Source: an uncultured Verrucomicrobiae bacterium
GTDB taxonomy: Bacteria; Verrucomicrobiota; Verrucomicrobiia; Chthoniobacterales; JAFAMB01
Assembly: GCA_963762565.1 (NCBI GenBank)
Contig: CAVXLD010000001.1
Coordinates: 928,001 to 992,000 of the forward strand
DNA: 64,000 nt
Direction of reading: 5' to 3'
The notes beneath the pieces are model-generated. The model was given only the letters and a program-made list of their open reading frames with translations, was not told where the DNA came from and did not search any database. This document shows, one piece after another, positions 59,719-64,000 of this stretch (positions are counted from its first letter, which is position 1; the number at the start of each line of letters is the position of its first letter). Made by a program: the position numbers and the translations under genes.

Positions 59719-60483
59719 TCAATACAACACCCGCACGAGATAGAGGCCTTCCGCTGGCGCGGTGTGATTCGTCTTTTTTTTGCCAGGCTTTTCTAGCAGC
59801 TCCTTCAACCAATCTCCGTCCTTCCGGCCTAAAGCCATCTGCACCAACGACCCCGTGATCATACGGACCATCCGATACAGAAATCCGTCCCCGGTAAACT
59901 CGAGTGTAACCAGTGAACCTTGGCGTCGCACTTTAATGTCTTGAAGGTTACGAACCGTGGTTTCCGGGGGCACGCCTCGGTTCGCGGCAAACGACGCAAA
60001 GTCGCGCTGACCGCGAAATTGTCCCGCATAGGTCATGAGATCATCTACGGCGAGCCGCTGAGGAACATGCCATGCCCTGCCAACTTCCAAGGGATGGAAT
60101 GTCTCGGTATTCCAGATCCGGTACCGATAGACTTTGCCCTTAGCGGAGAACCTGGCGTGAAACTCCCGGGAGACCCGGCGACAGGCAACGATCCTGATGC
60201 TGGACGGCAGATTGGCATTCAGAGCGACCCGCCAGGTCGAGGTCGGGAATCGTTTGGCGGGAACGTCTACGTGCGCGGCTTGGGCAAGGGCATGCACGCC
60301 TGCATCCGTTCGGCCGGCGCCGTGCACTCTGGCAGGTCGATCGAGGATCTTTGCCAACGCCGCCTCGAGATGATCTTGGACACCGCTCCGGTTAGGCTGG
60401 CTTTGCCAACCCGCGAACGGAGTCCCGTCGTAGGCGATGGTCAGATGAAGCCGTTCTGTTCCGCGTGAGTCGCTAACCTGCAT
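59719..60483 (-). CDS. truA: tRNA pseudouridine(38-40) synthase
   Basis: YDGT.F.GWQ, AGRTDAGVHA, FHARFSA and GFLYRMVR motifs. Confidence 0.96.
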   Translation of the reverse strand: MQVSDSRGTERLHLTIAYDGTPFAGWQSQPNRSGVQDHLEAALAKILDRPARVHGAGRTDAGVHALAQAAHVDVPAKRFPTSTWRVALNANLPSSIRIVACRRVSREFHARFSAKGKVYRYRIWNTETFHPLEVGRAWHVPQRLAVDDLMTYAGQFRGQRDFASFAANRGVPPETTVRNLQDIKVRRQGSLVTLEFTGDGFLYRMVRMITGSLVQMALGRKDGDWLKELLEKPGKKKTNHTAPAEGLYLVRVLY

Positions 60484-60587
60484 CAGTACTCAGAATAGCA
60501 GATAGCAACTAGCAAATGGCGCTTTTCGCGCACTGGGCGCTTCGTTCTCGTCCTCCAGTAACGCACGTGGCATCGCGCCCCACGGCC

Positions 60588-60865
60588 TGGAGGGGAGCCG
60601 CTTTGGCGCGTGCTTGTATGGTCCCCCGTATTTCTTCCGAAGACGGGCCTGACCTTAGCGTGTGCAAAACAGGCGGCTCCCGCGAATTACCCGGCGCAAC
60701 GTTCTCACCCAGCGATTCTATTCGTTGATTTTCACAGACCCCGATAGAGATGCAACACGTTCGCACATTCCCGGGAGCCGCCTGCTTGGTACCTGATTCG
60801 GCTAGACCAACGCTGCGATGAATACGCGAGGTACTACAAGCAAGCGCCAAAGCGGCTCCCCTCCA
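60588..60865. repeat. Family A copy 4
   Basis: TGGAGGGGAGCCGCTTTGGCGC..CAGGCGGCTCCCGCGAATTACCC..GGGAGCCGCCTG..GCGCCAAAGCGGCTCCCCTCCA. Confidence 0.88.
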
Positions 60866-60867
60866 AG

Positions 60868-61287
60868 CTATTCTGGCGCTCCTGCCACAGAGTCCAGATA
60901 ACTCTGCAAAAGCACCTGTGCAGCTACTTGATCGATAACGGGCCGGCTCTTTTTGACGTCACGCCCGGCGGCATGAAGAAGGCGTTGCGCCTCCATCGTC
61001 GTCAGGCGTTCGTCCCAAGCGATCAATTGAAGGTCTGTAAACTGACTCTTCAGTTCGGAGAGAAACAACTTGGCTTTCTCGGCAGCCGGCCCATAGGAGC
61101 CGTCCATATTGCGAGGGATGCCCACTACCATCCGTGACACCCCCTTTTCTAAAACGATCTTCCGCAGCCTGGACAGAAACGAGGCATCGTTGGGAACCGT
61201 TTCCAATGGGTGCGCCAGCATGCCGAGCTCATCGGAAATCGCGATCCCGATGCGGCTGGAGCCGAAATCGATTCCCAGATAACGCAT
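60868..61287 (-). CDS. ruvX: YqgF/RuvX pre-16S rRNA processing nuclease
   Basis: LGIDFG..RIGIAISD, WDERLTT and ID.VAA..LLQ.YLD motifs. Confidence 0.93.
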   Translation of the reverse strand: MRYLGIDFGSSRIGIAISDELGMLAHPLETVPNDASFLSRLRKIVLEKGVSRMVVGIPRNMDGSYGPAAEKAKLFLSELKSQFTDLQLIAWDERLTTMEAQRLLHAAGRDVKKSRPVIDQVAAQVLLQSYLDSVAGAPE

Positions 61288-61288
61288 C

Positions 61289-62350
61289 CTATTGGTACTC
61301 TTCGGGTAGAGCGCCGACCAGGCTCTTTACCCGTTCAACGTCGTGCCGGTGACACACTAGAATCGAGTCTTTGGTCTGAACTACAATCAGGTCGTTTACT
61401 CCAACCAGCGCCAAATGGATCTTCTGATCGGAGAAAATAATATTGTTGTTTGATCCTTCGATTGAGACCGTGGTGTTAGCGGCGTTGCTGTTGGGTAATT
61501 GTTCAAGATATTTCGCGATGGACGTCCAACTGCCGACGTCGTCCCAATCAAACGAGGCAGCCTTCACCACCACCCGGCTGGCTTTTTCCATCACCGCGTA
61601 GTCGACCGAGATCTTTGGCAGCGTGGAGAACCGATCTCCGATCACCCGCGCCGGGTCGCTAGTGTGTCGAAGAGCTGAAATAAACTCTCCCAGGGCCGGC
61701 GCGTGCCGATTCAACTCGGTAAGAATCGCCTTTACCGACCAAACGAAAATACCGGCGTTCCAAAAGAAATTGCCGCTTTTCACAAACTGTTCTGCCAGAT
61801 CCGCCTCCGGCTTCTCTCGGAACCGGACCACTTCGAAAAAGTCGGAAAAAGGTCCATCGACTTTCTTTCCGCGCTCGATGTAGCCATACCCCGGACAGGC
61901 CCAGGTAGGAGTGATGCCGATCGTAACCAGATCACCGGTTTTGCCAGCCACAGTGGCCGCTGCCAGTAAATCGCCCTGGAACGAAGCCTTATCCTTGATC
62001 AGATGATCGGCTGGCAGCACCGCCATGGTCGCATCCGAATCACGGGCGGCGATAAGACCGACTCCAAGGGCGATCGCGGCCGCGGTGTCCCTCCGGGCCG
62101 GCTCTGCAAAAATGTTTTTCTGCGGATGCGCCGGTAGCAGCTTTCGCACTGCCTCCTCTTGTTCCTGGTTGGTTAGGATCAAGATATTCTCCGCCGGGAT
62201 TACCCCGGCTAAACGGAGAATGGTCTCTTCAAGTAATGTGTTTTCGTTAAACAGGGAGAGCAGCTGCTTAGGCCTAACCTTGCGGCTTAATGGCCAAAAG
62301 CGAGTCCCGCTACCGCCAGCCAACACCAGAGCATAAAAAGAATTCGACAT
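61289..62350 (-). CDS. manC: Mannose-1-phosphate guanylyltransferase
   Basis: LAGGSGTRFWPLSR..PKQ, EP..RDTA, F.EKP, WNAG.F, SVDYAVME and WDDVGSW motifs. Confidence 0.92.
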   Translation of the reverse strand: MSNSFYALVLAGGSGTRFWPLSRKVRPKQLLSLFNENTLLEETILRLAGVIPAENILILTNQEQEEAVRKLLPAHPQKNIFAEPARRDTAAAIALGVGLIAARDSDATMAVLPADHLIKDKASFQGDLLAAATVAGKTGDLVTIGITPTWACPGYGYIERGKKVDGPFSDFFEVVRFREKPEADLAEQFVKSGNFFWNAGIFVWSVKAILTELNRHAPALGEFISALRHTSDPARVIGDRFSTLPKISVDYAVMEKASRVVVKAASFDWDDVGSWTSIAKYLEQLPNSNAANTTVSIEGSNNNIIFSDQKIHLALVGVNDLIVVQTKDSILVCHRHDVERVKSLVGALPEEYQ

Positions 62351-62524
62351 TGGTCCAATCTCGCTAGAACTATTGCCTCGGAAAAAGTAGTTTGTGAGCC
62401 CTAGCGAATATCTTCTAGGTTTGCCCAAGGGCAACCAAACAACGTCGTAACTTGACATTTTGTGGTTGGCGAAATGAGCTGGAGCAAAACACTGATATCT
62501 GATAAGAACGATGAATCTTGCGCT

Positions 62525-62821
62525 ATGAGCAGCGAACATGGCAAACCACTAGTTCTGTCGCTTTCGTCGGCCGCTTTGTTGACCATCTCCCAGGGAGCGG
62601 TTGGCTGTGCTCTGGGTATCTTGTTCTCGGATAAGCTCGACAAAAAGAACCGCACTTTGGTCGGGTTGGGTTTCATTTCTCTAGCCTTGGCGACGACAGT
62701 ACCGGCACTAGTGGCCGTCGTGGTTGATTTGGTCAACGGTCCCAGCTCAAAACTTGGCGCCCGCCGACGGCTACGATCGATTCGCGAAGACTCCGGGCTC
62801 CACGAGGAAGAAGTGTTCTAG
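62525..62821 (+). CDS. Small hypothetical membrane protein
   Basis: Two hydrophobic segments and a charged C-terminal tail; fills the gap between manC and cysE. Confidence 0.6.
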   Translation: MSSEHGKPLVLSLSSAALLTISQGAVGCALGILFSDKLDKKNRTLVGLGFISLALATTVPALVAVVVDLVNGPSSKLGARRRLRSIREDSGLHEEEVF

Positions 62822-62832
62822 ACGCTTCGCAC

Positions 62833-62955
62833 GGGGAGGGATCGCGTCCCCGCGATCCGTTGTTAACGGAGCTGAGCGCATCTAGATCATCGAAGGAGTT
62901 TAATAAGTCTGTAGGCCCATAACGTCTTCGCGGCGCGCGAGGACGCGCGCCCTCC
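62833..62955. repeat. Family B copy 3 (inverted)
   Basis: GGGGAGGGATCGCGTCCCCGCGATCC ... GGCGCGCGAGGACGCGCGCCCTCC. Confidence 0.85.
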
Positions 62956-62968
62956 AGCGTCAGGGGCG

Positions 62969-63880
62969 TTATCGGCTATTGGCTATTCGCTCGGACCGCC
63001 GTTCCTTCGCCGTTATGCTAATGTCTCCCGGACCGCTGGTCACGAGAGAGTCCGGTGGAACGCTGCTCATCAGGAACACGTTTGCTCCGATGGTGGACCT
63101 TGCTCCAATTACTGTTTCACCGCCAAGGATCGTCGAATTCGGATAGATGGTCACCCCATCTTCAACGTCGGGATGGCGCTTACCGCCTTTTTTAATTTTT
63201 CCTTCCTCATCCTTCTTGAAGCTCCGGGCGCCCAAAGTCACTCCGTGATACAGCTTCACCCGATTCCCAATTTCGCAGGTCTCACCAATGACCACCCCCG
63301 TTCCGTGGTCAATGAAAAAGTAGGCTCCGATTTTAGCACCGGGATGGATATCGATCCCCGTCCGACTATGAGCCCATTCGGTCATGATTCGCGGGACCAA
63401 AGGTAATTTTTCAAGGTAGAGAATGTGAGCGGTGCGTTGGATAGCAATGGCTTCGATGCAGGGATAACTTAAGATTATCTCTTCAAAGCTCTGGCTGGCC
63501 GGGTCACCTTCGAAAGCCGCCTCCACGTCCGTACACAGCAGCTCTCTTACCCGGGGAAGCTGGTCCACCAAATGCAGAACGATTTCCTCCGCTCGCTTGT
63601 ATGGGCACTCAGGCTCTTGAACCCGAAGGCTCTTGAAAGTCTCGCCTCGCAGACGTTCGGCAAAGTTGAGCAGCCGGCTGGACGTTAGACCAGTGATTCG
63701 TTGCGAGGCGATCGGCTCTTCGTCATGAAATCCGGGGAACAGGATTTCCAGTAAATCCTCACAGATCTGGGCTACTGCACCTTTCGAAGGCAGATTCAGC
63801 CCGTCTATGTTGTTTATCCCTCCGACTCGGTTATACGACTCGAGAAGCTCATTGAGCAGAGCCATGACGCTCTTTTCCAT
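62969..63880 (-). CDS. cysE: Serine O-acetyltransferase
   Basis: GDPA, SYP, TGIDIHPGA.IG..FFIDHGTGVVIGET and KRHP hexapeptide region. Confidence 0.93.
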   Translation of the reverse strand: MEKSVMALLNELLESYNRVGGINNIDGLNLPSKGAVAQICEDLLEILFPGFHDEEPIASQRITGLTSSRLLNFAERLRGETFKSLRVQEPECPYKRAEEIVLHLVDQLPRVRELLCTDVEAAFEGDPASQSFEEIILSYPCIEAIAIQRTAHILYLEKLPLVPRIMTEWAHSRTGIDIHPGAKIGAYFFIDHGTGVVIGETCEIGNRVKLYHGVTLGARSFKKDEEGKIKKGGKRHPDVEDGVTIYPNSTILGGETVIGARSTIGANVFLMSSVPPDSLVTSGPGDISITAKERRSERIANSR

Positions 63881-64000
63881 AACACCGGACCGTAAGGTAG
63901 TTTCGGCATGCGCGCCAATTCCATTCGCAGAATTTCGTGCGGTTCAATCTCGGACTAGTACCCGAGCTCCTTGGGACGGCCGAGTTAGGATCGCTCGACA

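Overview
A 64-kb, mostly core-genome window from a moderately GC-rich bacterium. The ribosomal protein L33/S18 sequences, a standalone SWIB protein, coaE-rho linkage and a DUF1800/DUF1501 cluster suggest Verrucomicrobiota (PVC group); this is inference. Housekeeping genes include rho (partial), coaE, phoU, argS, prmA, dksA-rpmG-rpsR, rpsA, mqnD, hisD, a complete atpBEFHAGDC operon, glnD, valS, truA, ruvX, manC and cysE. Less ordinary loci are DUF1800-DUF1501-DUF1800, ada/alkA-ogt, an AttH-like lipocalin with an ABC permease, a divergent DUF899/DUF2182 and regulator/beta-propeller module, an HNH nuclease, and astA-astB-M20 hydrolase. I found no tRNA, rRNA, CRISPR array or transposase. The most striking signal is non-coding: most larger intergenic gaps hold palindromic elements. 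There are about 7 families of mostly GTAG/GGAG REP-like inverted doublets, several with 25-70-nt variable inserts in the hairpin loops. There are also many inverted 7-10-mer tandem arrays, sometimes nested in four layers, and several overlap gene ends where they supply stop codons or, in one case, a probable start and signal peptide. Other highlights are a perfect Rex/CRP-type palindrome upstream of the ATP synthase operon and a glycogen synthase homolog lacking its catalytic motifs.
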